Shown here piece by piece: positions 41,980 through 55,965 of a DNA stretch of 64,000 bases. The notes under the pieces were generated by a model, which made no database searches, had not been told where the DNA came from, and saw only the letters and a list, made by a program, of their open reading frames with translations. The stretch is taken from positions 312,001 through 376,000 of the forward strand of contig CM052818.1 of the NCBI GenBank assembly GCA_028534125.1, given 5' to 3'. This DNA is from Lama glama (taxonomy: Eukaryota). The translations under genes were made by a program, and so were the position numbers. Each line of letters opens with the position of its first letter. Position 1 is the stretch's first letter.

Positions 41980-44900
41980 CTATTCAGGTATAATCAACAC
42001 ACAATGAGCTGCACATATTGAAAGTGTCATTGCCATCAGCTGTGACACGTGTGCACCTATGAGAACAGCACCATGGTCAGGATAATGAACAAACGTACAG
42101 ACCACGTTGAACTTCCTTGTGTGGCTTCACGGCCCATCCCTGCCTCCCACAACCACTGACTTGCTGTCACTATAGATCAACTGGCCTTTTTAGAGTTTTA
42201 CATAAATGGAATTACACAGTGTGTACTTTTTTCTGAATCTCACTTTTTTCACTCACCATAATTCTTTTGAGATTCATTCACATTGCATCAAAATTTCATT
42301 CTTTTCAATTGTTGAGTGTTTTATTTATGGGTGTGCTGCAGTCTGTTCCTTCATTTGCCAGTTGACGGACCCTTGGGTTGTTTACAATTTGGGGGCTGTA
42401 CAAACAAAATTGCTGGGTACGTTTGTGCACAGGTCTTACGTGGACATGCACTTGCACTCCTCTAGGGTAAGGGCCTGGAGAGGAATGATTGGATCATATG
42501 GTAGGTGCGTGTTTATCTTCTTAAGAGACCTACAAACTGCTTTGCAAAGGGCTTGTTCCAAAGCTCCTCCATATTTCTGTCTGTATGTGGTATGGCCAGT
42601 CTTTAATTTTTAGCCTTTCTTAAAGCTGTGTAGCGTATCTCATTGTGGTTTTACTTTGCATTTCCCTAAAGGCTAATGAAGTTGAGCGTCTTGCTTATTT
42701 ACCATCCAGATAAATATGTTTTTTGTTGAAGTGTCTGTTCATATCTTTTGCTTGTATTTAAACCTAGGTTGTGTGTTTTATTACTGAGTTTTGAACATTC
42801 TTCATGTATTCTGGGTACAAGTCTTTGATCAGATACATGGTTTGCATGTATTTTCTCCCAGTGTGGCTTGTCTTTTCATTCTCTGAGGTGAATTTTAAAG
42901 AGCAGAAAATTTTAATTTTGATAAAGTCCAGTTGATCCATTTTTATCTTTTATGGATCATACTTTGGGTGTTTAAACAACCTTTGTCTAACTCAAGATCA
43001 TAAAGATTCTTTTCCTGTGTTTTCCTGTGAAATTTCTAGTTTTTGACATTTAGGCATATGCTTGAACTTGAGTTACATTTCATACATGGTGTGAGGTATG
43101 GGTTGAATTTTATTTATTTTTGGTGTAGGGATACTCGGTGGTTTCAGTTGCATTTGTTGACCAAAACTATTGCTTCTCTATTGAAATAATGTGCACTTTT
43201 GTCAAAAATCATTTTCGTGTATGTGTGGATCTGTTTCTGGATTCTCTGTTCTGTTTCATGGATTTATATTGTGTTTTGTTACCAATACCACAGGGTCTTG
43301 ATTACTGCAGCTTTATAAAAGACTGAATTCAGGTGTTGCTGATTCTTTAGCTTTGTTCTTTTTAAAATATGTTTTGGGTATTCTAGGCCCTTAGTATTTT
43401 CCATGTAACTTTTAGAATCAGCTTGTCAATTTTTATTAAGTAGCCTACTTGGGATTTTGATTGCATTGACTATAGATCAGTTTGGGACAGCTTCACAGTA
43501 ATGAATCTTGCAACCCATGAATGTAGTACTTCTCCCTGTTTGTCAAAACCTTTACTATTTCTCAGCAGTGTTTTGCGGTGTCAGTGTACAGGTCTTGCAT
43601 ATCTTTTGTTATATTTATTCCTAAGTATTTCATATTGTTTATCCTGTTATAAATGGTATTTTAAAAATTAGTTTTATTCTTTGCTATTGTCTAGAAATAC
43701 TCAAGTTGCTCCTTGCTATCTAGAAATACTCAAGTTGCTCCTTGCTAGTGTGTAGAAATAGAATTGCTATTTTAAAGGACAGTTAGATTATTTCTAGTTT
43801 TTGGCTATTACAGATAAAACCTGCTACGGATATTCATGTACAGCATTTTGAGTCAGTCTTCCATATGTTGAATAAACTCCACTTTGTTTTGGTGCTTTTT
43901 GTTTTTGTCTGTTGTTTATCTGCTTTCAGTTTATTGGTTTTTATTCTCATCTTTATCCTTGCTTTATGTTTATTTTGTATTTTTTCTAGTTTTTTGAGGC
44001 GAGAGTTTAGATTATTGATTTGAGACCTTTTTTCTAATGGAAACTTTAAGTACCATGAATTTCCTTCTCACTACTGCTTTAGCTACATGTCTCCAATTTT
44101 GTTATGTTGTATTTTTTCATTCAGTTTTATGTATTTTTAAAATTTCTTTTCAGACTTGAATTTTGACCTATGAGTTTACTGTCTTGTACCTTAAATAACA
44201 CCGAATTGGTGTTATTTCAGTGGAATTCACCAGTGAAGCCATCTGGGCCTAGAGTTTTCTTTGTGTAGTTTCTTTCTTTTTTTTTTTTAACCACAAATTT
44301 AATTCCTTTAAATAGCTTCAGAGTTTTTTTTTTTTCCTAATTAGGTTTATTTCTTTGATGGAAGTTGAAGTTATTGACATCAGGTTGGCCTCAACATTTG
44401 CTTAGTTTTCTTTTAACATTTGTTGACTGCAGTGATGTCAGTGCTTATTCCTTGTGTTGATAATTGTGTCTTCTCTTTCCAGTTAGTCCAGAGGTTGATC
44501 AATTTTATTAAGTTTTTTCAAAGAGCAAGCTTATGGTTTCCTTGATTTTCTCCATTGTTTTTCTGTTTTATATTTCGCTGATCTTTGCTAATTGTTTTTT
44601 TTCTAAGAAGGTTAGGTCATTGGCTTAAGATCTTCCTACTTTCCTAAGTAGACATTTACTTTTCTTGATTAATTGACTACTGTCATTATGGCAGATTATC
44701 CTCTTTATCCCTTTGCTTTTGAAATGTTTTGCTTTAAACTCAGATTTGTCTGATGTTAATACAGATAATATGATACATTTCTTTTGATCAATGCTATATA
44801 TAGTATTTAAACCATGGTATTCCATATACCATGGTGAGCTATGGTACATATTTTCCATTCTTTTGTTGTTAATAACCTCTTTGTCTCTTTACAGTAAAAG

Positions 44901-47120
44901 AAGCTTCCTTGTAGGCAACATATAGGTGGATTTTGCTTTTTAATTTTTTTCTCAGACAGTCTCTAATTGGGGTATTTATTCCACTTACATTTAATATGAT
45001 TATTGATAGATTTGTTTTCTCAGTATCCTGCTGTTTGTTTTTTATTAGTTTTAGCTGTTCATTGTGCTCTTCTTTCTCTTTTTCTGCCTTTCTTTGAATT
45101 AATTGTTCTTTATCATTTCATTTTTCTTTGATCTCTACCTTAGTATATTATTTTAGTGATTGTTTTAGGGTGTATATTACGCACATTTCATTTATCATAG
45201 TCTACCTGCAGGTGATATTATACTATTTTGCGTATAGTAAATGAATCATACACTAGTGTATTTCTGTTTTTCCCCTCCCCCCTTTCTGCTGTTGTTGTTA
45301 CACATTTGTATGTATGTTGCAAGCTTGATCTTATTTTTTATTAAATTTTTACACATTAGATTTTCTCTTTAAATAAAGTAAATAACAAGAAAAGAATTGT
45401 CTCTGTATTTGCTCATGTAGTTAACCTTTTCCAGTGCTCTTCGTTCCTCTATGGAGACCCTGCTTCTGTCTGGCATCATTTTCCTTCTCATTGAAGGACT
45501 TCCCTTGTTATATCTTGTAGTTCAGATCTGGAGTTTATTCTTTCAGCTTTTTACGTCTGAACTAATCATTATTTTGCTCTGTTCACAGTATATTTTAGCT
45601 GAGTATAAAATTTGGGGTTGACATTGTTTTCATTGAGAATTTGCTGTCATTCTTACCTTTGCTCTTCTGTACCTAACATGTCTTTTATCTCTGACTACTT
45701 TTAGGATTTTCCTTCGATTTTCCTGGTTTTTGTCTTCATAGTTTGTGTGCTTGTATATAGTTCATTATACTTCTTGGATCTCTGGGTTTCTAATTTTCAT
45801 CAAATTTGAAAATTTTTCAGTCATTGTTTCTTCAAAATTTTTTTTTCTGTACCTTTCTCTTTCCTGTCTTTTGGGAGGTCTAGTTTCATGTATGTTAGGT
45901 CTCTTGAAGTTATCCCACATATAACTGACGCTTTGTTCATTTTTTAACGTTTTTTTCTATGTTTCATTTTGGATAGTTTCTATTGCTATGTCTTCAAACA
46001 AACTAGTCTTCATTTTCTAATACGCTGTTAATGTTACCAAACTATTTTGATCTCAAACATTGTAGCTTCCTCTAGAATTTTTTTTAAAGAGGTAAAACTT
46101 GCTCACTTATTAGCTCTTTGTTTTTTATTGAAGTATAGTCAAAAATAAATGTTTTTAAAATATGTTGTTTTTTTATTTTAATTTCTTTCCATGGAGGTAC
46201 TGGAAATCGAACCTGGGGCCTTGTGCATGCTAAGCATGCACTCTCCCACTAAGTTATACCCATCCCCCAATCCTTCACTAGAAGTTTGTTTTGGGTGTTG
46301 TTCTTCCATGTCTCTGGTTCTCTTCTTGAACATACCTAATACAGATATAATAGGTGTCTTAATTTGTCTGCTGTGTGTAACATCTGTGTCAGTTCTGCAT
46401 TGTTCAGATGTATTGATTTTCCTTATTTCTGAATCGCAGATATTTTCCTGCCTTTCTGCCCACCTGGTAACTTGTAGTTAGATGCTGTACATTATAAATT
46501 TTACTCTGAATATTTCTGGAGATTTTTGTATGTCTATAAACTTTCTTGAGCTTACATATAATTTACTCTGAAGTAGTTTGATCCTTTTGGATCTTGGTTT
46601 TGGATTTGTTAAGTGGATTCAGACCTGATGTTAGTCTGGGGCTAGTTGTTCCGCACCACTGAGTGTTCTACTCAGTCCCTGGTGAATGGTGAGGTCTTCC
46701 CACCTGGCTGATGGGAGCAGGCACCATGCCGGCCCCTCTATGCCCTCCCAGCCGGCGCGGCGTAGCACAGTCCTTTCCTGCAGTTGGTTCTTTGGCTTTG
46801 GGCAGTGCCCTCTCATGTAGGTGCCCATCCGCTTCTGCACCCTCAGCTGGGTTGGGGGGGCACCCGCACGTCTCCAGGGGGCTCTCTGGGCAGCTCTCTC
46901 CTCTTGAGTCCAGTCCTGTGAGCTTGGACCACATTGGACTCCCTGGCTCTGAGCTCCACCTCCTGTGCCCACAGAGACCACTGGGCTCCACCTGGTGCCT
47001 TCCCTCTGCTGAGGTCTGGGAACCCTCGGGGCAGTGAGCTGGAACACGTGTCCACTAGGATTGTGTATTGTGAAATCTGGTCTTATTGCTGTTGTTCTGG
47101 ATTCCTTTTTGTGGCATTTC
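41980..47120 (-). mobile_element. Block of nested, degraded antisense L1 fragments in the first HERC2-like intron
   Basis: T-rich, with L1 motifs such as 'gtatctcattgtggttttactttgcatttccct', 'gtgtgaggtatgggttgaatttt' and 'aattcaccagtgaagccatctgggcct'. Subfamily boundaries not resolved. Confidence 0.7.
46160..46269 (-). mobile_element. tRNA-derived camelid-type SINE (vic-1-like)
   Basis: Reverse strand reads ggggatgggtataacttagtgggagagtgcatgcttagcatgcacaaggccccaggttcgatttccagtacctcc (A and B boxes), followed by an A-rich tail. Confidence 0.75.
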
Positions 47121-47429
47121 AATGACAGGTAAATTCACAGATAGTTGTTGTAGTGTTTTCACAGCTTACGTCTGTACAGCTGAATTGCTGTAAGTGCATT
47201 CTGCAGAAGGATTTGCATCGTTTTGCAGTTATAGTGAACCTTTGCTGAAAGTAGCTTCTTTAGAGAAGTATAATTTTAACTCTGAAATATAATAATGAAC
47301 CTGATACTTAATCTGTGAAACGAAAATGCATAGTGCAATTTTTTTTACAAATTACAGGAGGTCAAGTTACAGAAATAGAACAAACTGTAATCTTAAAAAT
47401 TGAACCCAAACTTTATTTTTCTTTTTCAG

Positions 47430-47602
47430 GTATGCCTTCAGATGCTGATTCTTCTGCTGCCGGTGATAAAGTCAGTGGTGCAGATAATTCTAAACGAAAT
47501 TTGCCCTTCTCTTGCCACGATTCTCTTGTCATTAGGTGGAAATCTGGCCAAACAGCAGGCCTTGTCTCCTATACTTATGGCCCTGCAAATCATGTATGCC
47601 AG
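47430..47602 (+). pseudogene. HERC2: HERC2-like exon B, +1 frameshift
   Basis: GMPSDADSSAAGDKVSGADNSKRN and PSLATILLSLGGNLAKQQALSPILMALQIMYAR lie in different frames, switching at about 47500. Confidence 0.88.
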
Positions 47603-48427
47603 GTGGGCTTGTTTGCTGACTTTCGAAATCCCACAATGATGGGAGTCTAGGAGAATGTTAGGTTACCGTCTCTAAATATTGTGAGTTTTAGTTCAGATAC
47701 CATTTGGTGAATGAATGTGCCTTTGTGCTTTCTTGAATGAAGTTAAAATACGAATTAGAAAATCAAGTTAAAGAACATTTTCATTATTCTTTATATCCAA
47801 TAACCTCTAAACATATTTGGGGGTGTGGTGAGAGGAAGAATTAGTTGGTACTGATACAGAGTAAGGTTTCAGGCCCTCGTCCTCCCCTTCAGTCTTGATA
47901 AGGCAGAGTTTTGCCAGTGTTACCTTTTCCATCCTTCTGCTCCTGTTTTCTCACAGCCTGAGGAAGTGGCCCATCTGTCTGTGTATCCTGGTTACGGGCC
48001 TGATCATAGAAAGAAATAGTCACACAGGAACTTGACTCAGTAGTTGAAGGACACGTCTCTTTGTCCTAGCTGCCTCGCATGAGGCGCCCTTGGTATTCGG
48101 CTTTCATTAAACACAAAATTACTTTCAATCTCCACCAGCCGAGGGAGATTTCACAGGGACAGTCAGAGGCTTTTTCTGCTTAGATTTTTACGTTGGCAGT
48201 TTTTCTCCTGTCTTCACCGTGGTGATTCAATACGTAAGCTCAGGACTGAATATTTAACTTTTAGCCAGGGGATACATAGTAATAACATTCATTTTTTCCT
48301 CTAAAACTCTTTTATACTTACCTTATAAGTCCTATGAGTGCTCTGGTTAGTGCTTGTCCTGCCCTGACCCTGCTGCCCCGCGGTGGTGACGGGCAGCTTC
48401 CCCAGGCCTGGCTGTCTCTCCTGACAG

Positions 48428-48617
48428 AGACGCTGTGGTCGGGGCCCTGATGCCCGCCAGCATGGTCACCCCAGTGGAGTGTCCCTTGTTCTGTTCCTCG
48501 GCACCCCCTTCCTACGTGTCTGCCATTGCCAGTCCTGTGAATGGAGAGGAATATGTGCTGGCTGTTGATACTGAAGACAGGCTGGATCCAAATCCATGGC
48601 AAGAAAAGAGAGGAGAG
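48428..48617 (+). pseudogene. HERC2: HERC2-like exon C (frame intact)
   Basis: cag|A GAC GCT GTG GTC GGG GCC CTG ATG...AAG AGA GGA GAG|gtaaaa. Confidence 0.88.
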
Positions 48618-48848
48618 GTAAAAGCGCACGGGAGAGCGATGACGCAGCCTTAGATCAGGAAGGAGGAGGCAGCTGCTTCACGTTTAGTGACGTGCGTCAC
48701 TCTCTCCCTTAACGCAGAGTGTTTATGCTGCTGCTGTGATTTTTGGCTTGAATGAGAAAATACTCCATTTTAACAGGAGGCTTTTTTAGTGCTTCAGTGG
48801 AAAGAGATTATTCTTTTAAAAAGCTGCTAAATGCAAGTCCACAGTCCT

Positions 48849-48983
48849 GTTTTGTAAATTTATTTTTTGGGGGATTAGGTAATTAGGTTAGTTTGTTTAT
48901 TTTTAGAGGAATTACTGGGGATTGAAGCCAGGACCTTGTGCATGCTAAGCATGTGCTCTGCCAGTTGAGCTATACCCTCCCCT
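48849..48983 (-). mobile_element. tRNA-derived camelid-type SINE (vic-1-like) with a perfect 15-bp TSD
   Basis: A/B-box head, flanked by caagtccacagtcct at 48834-48848 and 48984-48998. Confidence 0.85.
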
Positions 48984-49328
48984 CAAGTCCACAGTCCTTT
49001 ATTTGCAGCTCTGAATCCTGAAAGCTTTGAAAGCTAAAGGTTTTTATAACTTACTTTGGAGGAGGAGATGTGAGCTCATTTTAGTCCTCTTCATGTGACC
49101 TGTTGTGAATATTAATTAATAGGTTTACCTGGAATATGAATGTGCTTGGCTTTGAAGGGCTGTCCCAGACCTCGCTGGAGGTGGTGACTGGTGGTGTAAA
49201 TGCCTCGTTATGTCTATAAAATCTGGAATACTCTAACTGGCCCAAAGGGTTTTATTTAATAAGGCTTTTGGAGGTGAGTGGGAAGTGTGCCGTGTTGCTG
49301 AGTCTCTCCTCTTCTGTTTCTGAACTAG

Positions 49329-49469
49329 ATTGTCTCTTCTGAGGATGCTGTGACCCCCTCTGCAGTGACCTTGTCTGCTTCCTCAGCTTCTTCTCAGCCA
49401 TTTATCCCAGTGACAGATGACCCAGGAGCTGCCAGCATCATTGCAGAAACCATCACCAAAGCCAAAGAG
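49329..49469 (+). pseudogene. HERC2: HERC2-like exon D (frame intact)
   Basis: IVSSEDAVTPSAVTLSASSASSQPFIPVTDDPGAASIIAETITKAKE, AG/GT flanked. Confidence 0.88.
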
Positions 49470-52400
49470 GTCAAGGGGCTTTCTTCTTTACATTTTATTT
49501 TGAAATAATCTTAAATGTACACACAAGTTGCAGAAGTAGGACACAGAAATAGAGCACAGTACACTCCTGTGTACCATCCACCTACGTTCTCTAATTGTAC
49601 TCAGATTTTGTCCCAGTAGCATCCTTTATCAGTCTAGGACCTGGCCCAGGGTTGAGTGTGGTCTCTTTGGTCTTCAATGTGGAACACTTTTTCAGTCCTT
49701 CCTTTTGTCAGAAACACCACAGGAGTGATAGAGTACTTTCCAGGGCATCACAGTGGGTGTGTGATGTGCTGCGTAACTGGTGATGTGAGGTCTTACTACT
49801 TGGTCAGGATTCTCTGCCAGGTTTCTCCACTGGAAGTTAGTAGAAGAATGGTAGTAAATGTTCATGGGAGATGCTTGGAGGCTGTGCTGATACCTTGTCC
49901 CTCATTGTGTTTTCACCTCCGAGTTTGCAGTGTCTGTGATGATTCTAGCCGAGTCCATTATTGCTGTGGTGGTGGTTCTGTGGTCATTTTTCAAATTTCG
50001 TCATTCTTTTTGGACTGTCTTTGTTCTTCTGTAAGGGAGGACTTCCCCTTCTCATCTCCTTTGTCTATGTTGGTGTAGAATCGTGGGATCCTATTTTACT
50101 CAAATAATGACATACATCACTCTCATCATTTGACACCCAAATTGTCCCAGACTTGGCCATGGGGAGCCCTTTTCAGCTGACTTATATAATGGAGCATTTC
50201 CTTCCTTTCTGGCACAATAGTGTGTTCCAAACTCACTTTTCACCTGCCCTGGCCTCGTCCCGGAATCAACCATTTCTCCAAGGAGCCCTGGTTCCTTTTG
50301 GTGGATCATAGGATTTAGAAACAAGATCTGGGAGCTTGGTAAGCTGGTTACTCCTGGGTGTCCTGGGTTTAAACCCTCTCAGCAAACAGACACGCACACA
50401 CGCCCACTTACGCCAGAATTTCTCCCTTGACATCTTACCTGTATAATGAAAACCATGAGTGGTTCAAACCAATACTTTAAATTTCAGTCCAGCACCACAG
50501 GGTTTATCCTTGTGCTCTCCCTTTCTGTATTTTAGGTGTATAATCTTTTTATATGTTGCAGGATTGCTTTGCTGTTTTGCTGACTTTTGTACCTGTATTC
50601 ATAAGGTATACTGAGCTGTAGTTTTCTTATTACGTCTTTGCCTGGGTTGGGTAACAGTGATTACACTGGCCTTCTAGAAGGCATTAGGCAGTGTTCCCTC
50701 CTCTTCTGTTTTTTAGAAGAGTTTGTGAAGGATTGGTATTAATAGTTTTAAAAATATTTGATAGAATTTTATCTGTTCTTTTAACATGTTCCCATCATTC
50801 TTTTATTTCCTTGTTTCCTGGCACAACACAAAAGTCTAGGTTCAACAGTATGTTTTATGCTCCAGCAGAGAAATTAGGTGTTCCTCCAAGAAGTCCTGGT
50901 TCTTTGTAGTCGGGAGGGTATTTAGTAGCCAAGTTCTGGGCCTTTGTGTGCTCATTGCTGTTGGGAGGTTGCTGGTCACAACTCTCTTAGTAGACAGACC
51001 TAGGAAGGGTGTGTGTATGTGCACGTGTGCACGTGCATGTACCCACACAATAAGTTAGTAGGTTATATTAATACCCTTTTTGTTATATATCTACATGTAT
51101 TGAAAACCACTGGTTCCTAGCAGTATAGTCAATTCTAATAACTGCACAGGGTTTACCTTTCTGTTCCACCCCTCTGTATAGATAACTTTTCTCTAAAAAT
51201 GAGAAGCCTGTCCCCTTATGGACAGTGCCATAGCTTCCCCTTAGGTAGCCTGCCTCCCATTATGACTGCCTCTCCTCTCCCACATGGGCACCTCCTTCCC
51301 CTGCACAGCTTCTGGTGCTCAAAACCAGTTTGCCCTCTACAGGGATGACCTCTCACCCTGCTTGACCTATGACCTCCCCCACCCTACACCCCAGGCTGGC
51401 CCAAAGCAGGGACACCTTCCACTTGGCTTGACTCTGTCACACCAGTCACCCTCCCAGGTTGGTGCCCTCCCAAGCCTGCTCAGGTGCTTCCTGTGCCAGG
51501 CCCCCTCTCCCTGCCCACACTGTCTCCCTGCCGGCACATCCAGCTTGGGAACACACAAACATTATTTTCAATTACATTTGGAACTCTTGATTTATTGTGG
51601 TGTTGCTGCTGACAGAAATATGTCCTATGGGAAGTATTCATAACCATCTATGGTAATAAGAAAATTGCTATTTACAAATTAGGGGTCTGAACTCAATTTG
51701 TGATACTTGGCAATCTTCTAGGATGAGGGTTTAATGCAGAAATTATCCTGAATTATGGGACGTTTTTGCTTTTAGGTAGAAGAGGGATGGTATCATTTCT
51801 TTCCTACCAAATCGTGAGGCACAGGTGTTATCCAGAGTATTCCCCTAAATTCCTACCATTGCAGTTTTGGTTTGATTCATCAATTATGGCAAAGTAATTT
51901 TCATGTTTGTTTTGGGCTATAACTCACATTCAAGGAGATGTAGCTAGTGATTTTATTTTTAAGCAATTATCTTTTTTTCCCCTCTAATACCCCCACCAAA
52001 AATTGTTAGGTACTGTTTCTCACTGTATTTAACTTGCGTATTCCACTGAATGCTCTTGCTGCTCTTCAGTGAGTGAGATTCTGGAATGTCATTGTTTCTG
52101 TGAACTTCACATGCTGATTCCCTGGGTCTCCGCTTAGAGGTAGGAGCAGGATCTGTTTTCTTCCAGGAAGAAACCGTGCTTCCACCTCAGTGCACCTCAG
52201 TGCTGGTTTCTAGGGGCCAACTTGGGCACTGATGGCACTTGCATATTGGATGGGTCTCATTGCGCTGAAGGTTCCTAAGTGGGGCTTGTGCTTCCCCCAG
52301 CTCAGTTGTGTTTGGCAGTCAGGTTTCACTGAGATCCCAAAAGCAAGGGAGGAGAGAAGGCGGCATCTCTGGCATCTTGTTCTTCCTCTGGTGAGCTGAA

Positions 52401-53275
52401 CTCTGCCTGTGAGACTGAAAGGAACCAGGTCTACCCCTGTTCAGCATGGGGTCTCAGAGATTCCCACTCCTGAGCTCAAAAGCTATGGGATCTCCCAGCT
52501 CTGATGGCTCCCTGTTCCTTTCTATAGGTCAAGTCCCACTGCCAGTGTCCAAGAGGCTCTTGTGTGGTGGGCAGCAGGCTGGGGCTGGCTGTCCCAGGTG
52601 GGGCACCCTCAGGAGGAGGGGTGGAGGGGGCAGAGATGCAGATGGGCGGCCCCTTTCCTCTGCTGATGTGGAAGGGAGGTCAGTGACCGCAGGTGTGGTG
52701 TGTTTTAACTGACACACTATGAATGGGAAGTAAAAGGGGACAAGAAAAAGGAAGAGAAGACTTTTATCTATTTTCTTTTTCAAAGCGCCCAGGGAACAAG
52801 AGATTTTGAGCAATGTGTTACACGCCAGTGAGTCCGTTAAATAAGATTCTGGGAAGGAATTATGAAGAAGATCTAGAAAAAATTGTAAAAGTACAATGTG
52901 CAAATGAGAAAACTCCCAATCACCCCCTGTGGGTGGGGGCAGGGAATGGATTTTATGTGGTATGACTTCATTCCAAGTCTCCCCTTATAAGGAACACCTG
53001 TGCTGTGAACTTGCTCACAGTGTAAATTGTCATTTCTTCTGAGAGCTGCTGTGGGTAATTCATAAAATAGTTATTTGGTCCTGAAAGCTTAGTACGTTGT
53101 GGTGGAGATTTTAGGGGCCTGTCATGTCTTATTTCATGGTATTTCATGGCGTTAAATGCCTCATCAGGTCCCTTATTCCTCAGTGGTCATCATGTATCCT
53201 TGGAGTTTATGGATAAACTGGTGACTGTTTATCTCTGGACACATCTTTCCTCATTTTACCCGTTGGACTTTTTAG

Positions 53276-53462
53276 GATGTTGAAAGCCAAAATAAAGCAT
53301 CAGGCCCAGAACGTCAGTCCTCGGATGAGTTCACCAGTCTGCTGGTCACGGACAACACGTGTACCTTGGACCTGCTCAAGCTGACTGTGCAGCCAGGCGG
53401 CGGACAAGGGCAGGGCCGTGCTTTCGGCCATGCTGTCTGGCATGGGCACCGCCTGCCCCGAG
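53276..53462 (+). pseudogene. HERC2: HERC2-like exon E, frameshifted
   Basis: DVESQNKASGPERQSSDEFTSLLVTDNTCTLDLLKLTV, then a frame switch at about 53389 to SQAADKGRAVLSAMLSGMGTACPE|gtgag. Confidence 0.88.
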
Positions 53463-55965
53463 GTGAGCCATGGGTGGGAGGTGCTACCACCGTCCTGTGC
53501 TTGAAGGACTCCTGGGAAAAATGAGTCCTTTCTCCATGTCCTGTGCTGCACTTGCTTCTCACGTAACATTTTGAAATCAGTTTGATATTTTAGAATTTAG
53601 AAATGTCTAATTTTTACAAAGTAGGATCTGTCAGCTTTTTTCATTTATGACTTCAGGATTTTGTATTCTGCTGAAAATGTGCTACCAACATGATACTGTT
53701 TAAAGAATTCTCCCAGGTTGCTTCTAATTATTTTTATTACTTAATTTGTTCTTTTATTTACTTTTTTGAGAGATGAAGTAGGGATTCAACTTTATTTTTT
53801 CCTAGATGGTAAACGTGTTGCCCCAACATCATTTATTGAATCATCCTCCTTTTCCTCAGTCATTTGAAGACTACTTTTATCATATTCTAAATTTTTGTGT
53901 GTATTTGGGTCCCTTTATTGACTCTTTTCTGTTCCATTAATCTAATTTTTTTATGCTTTAATACTGCAGTATTTTAACTATTAATTATTTAAAATAGGTT
54001 TTAGTATTTGCTAGCACTGGGTTCTGTGGGACTTCCAGCTGTGGTGATGTTCTGTACCTGGTATCCACCAGCCACATAGGCTGTTGAGCACTTGAAGTGT
54101 AGCTGGTGCACCTGAGGCAGTGAAGTTTTAATTTTATTTAACTTCTTAATGGATTTAAATTTCAGTAGTCTCATGTGGCTAGTATAGGGTGTACGGTCAA
54201 TGCTATGTTAATATCTCTTAGAAACAGCTGACCAGTCCTGAAGCCCTTGGGCTTCCTGAAGGACTCTTGCTTATCAGTGGCCTTGTTCTCTGCCTTTTCA
54301 GAACTGGCCATGTGAGGGAGGCCAGTGCCATGTGCTCTGTGCAAGTGTGTCATCAGTGTGTCTGAGTTCCATATCACTACCACCACCACCATAAAGTACT
54401 TAAATATGGCTGAGTGGCCTTGAAATCATAGTTATGGTTCAGGAACTGTTTTAGGGGTATATTATTTCTTAATTGTATTCAGGAAGAACTAAAAAGTGGT
54501 AGGTTTCCTACTTATAATTTTTTGAGGCTGATTCTGAGATTACATCAAGGTAGATTGGCATAAGCAAAATACTGTTTTCACAAGTTTACTGCACTTGTGA
54601 GAGGAAAGGATGGAATGAGAAGAACTCGGATCTAAAGTAGTAATGCCCCATATTTGTTGTACACACAGCTATGAGGCCTGGTTCTCGGTGCGTTAGCTCA
54701 GTATGGAACACAGGTGTTCCCTTTGTTTACAGATAAGGCAACTGACGCTCTGAGAGGTTGTTAAGTGCCTCAAAGACACTCGAGTTGCTGGTGGATGGGA
54801 GAAATGATGTCAGATCCTGTGCACTTTTAGGGCAGAACTATAACTGTGACCCCTCTGTCACCCTCTCCTCGGAGCTTGTTCACCCCTCCTGGGGGACTGA
54901 CTGGATTTCAGAGAAAGTTTCTAAGCCCCAGAGGAGCTCTGGTGGGCTGTGCATTAAGGTTTGATGATGTCAACGTCTCAGATTCAGGGGGAGAGAGAAA
55001 CAAAGATGGGATTGTCTTCCAGCTTTCCTGGCCCAGTGGCAAGATGCTACTCCTATGTCCTACACTGACCTAATTTGGGGGACTTTATTAAAAAAGAGAA
55101 ACATTTGACTGTAACAATAATGCCTAGATGGCAGCGATCTTGGTTTGTCATTAATAAAATTACTTACTAGGCTAATCTATTTGTTACCTGATACGCTATG
55201 AGAAAAAAATAGATAAAAACAATCATTTATTTTTGAAAAGTACAGAATAGAAAATAGTTTCATTGATTTTTATAAATTTAAAAATTTGGCATTTACTGTG
55301 TTACTGCTGTAATAACATTCTCATTTGTTTTTAAAAATAGCAATCAGGGAGTTTATAGTCAGCAGTATTAACCATTTCAATGGTGTGAGTAACTAAAATT
55401 TTAAAATGCAATCAACTATGGATTGTAGGGAGAATGTGGTTCTGGGGGCTGACCCTCAACGTCTCTGGTCAAGAGACACCCCCAGGTGTGCTCGTATTTG
55501 TAGCCCTCGTTTCAGACAGTCTGCTGCTGTTTGACCTGGATGGCTTGGTCATTCCTCTTCATGCCTCTCCTCTCCTGCTTGACCCCAGTGCCTTCTAGGA
55601 TCTGGGTCATTTTTATCACCGTGCTGCTGCTTCGCTTGATAGTTTTGTTCCTGAGGCCGACTTTCCTCATCAGGTTGTGTATTAGAAGAGATTCTTGTAA
55701 TCAGAGGCCTTTTGTTTTCTCAATTGGTATGTGTTGGGTGTTTTGTGTGTGTCAGGTGCCTCCTGGCTACTTGTACCTAGATCTCTACAAGCATCTCTGT
55801 GAGCTCTGGGCTGTCTTGATTGTAAAGGTGAGGAAACCAAGCCCTGATTAAAAATAGATTTCTCAGACTCCCAAATGCTTCACTCTGCCTCATCCCTGCA
55901 GAAAGATCTGGATCAGAGTGGGCATCCTGACATCCTCCTGCTTTGTCCCCCGCTTCCTCCCACAG

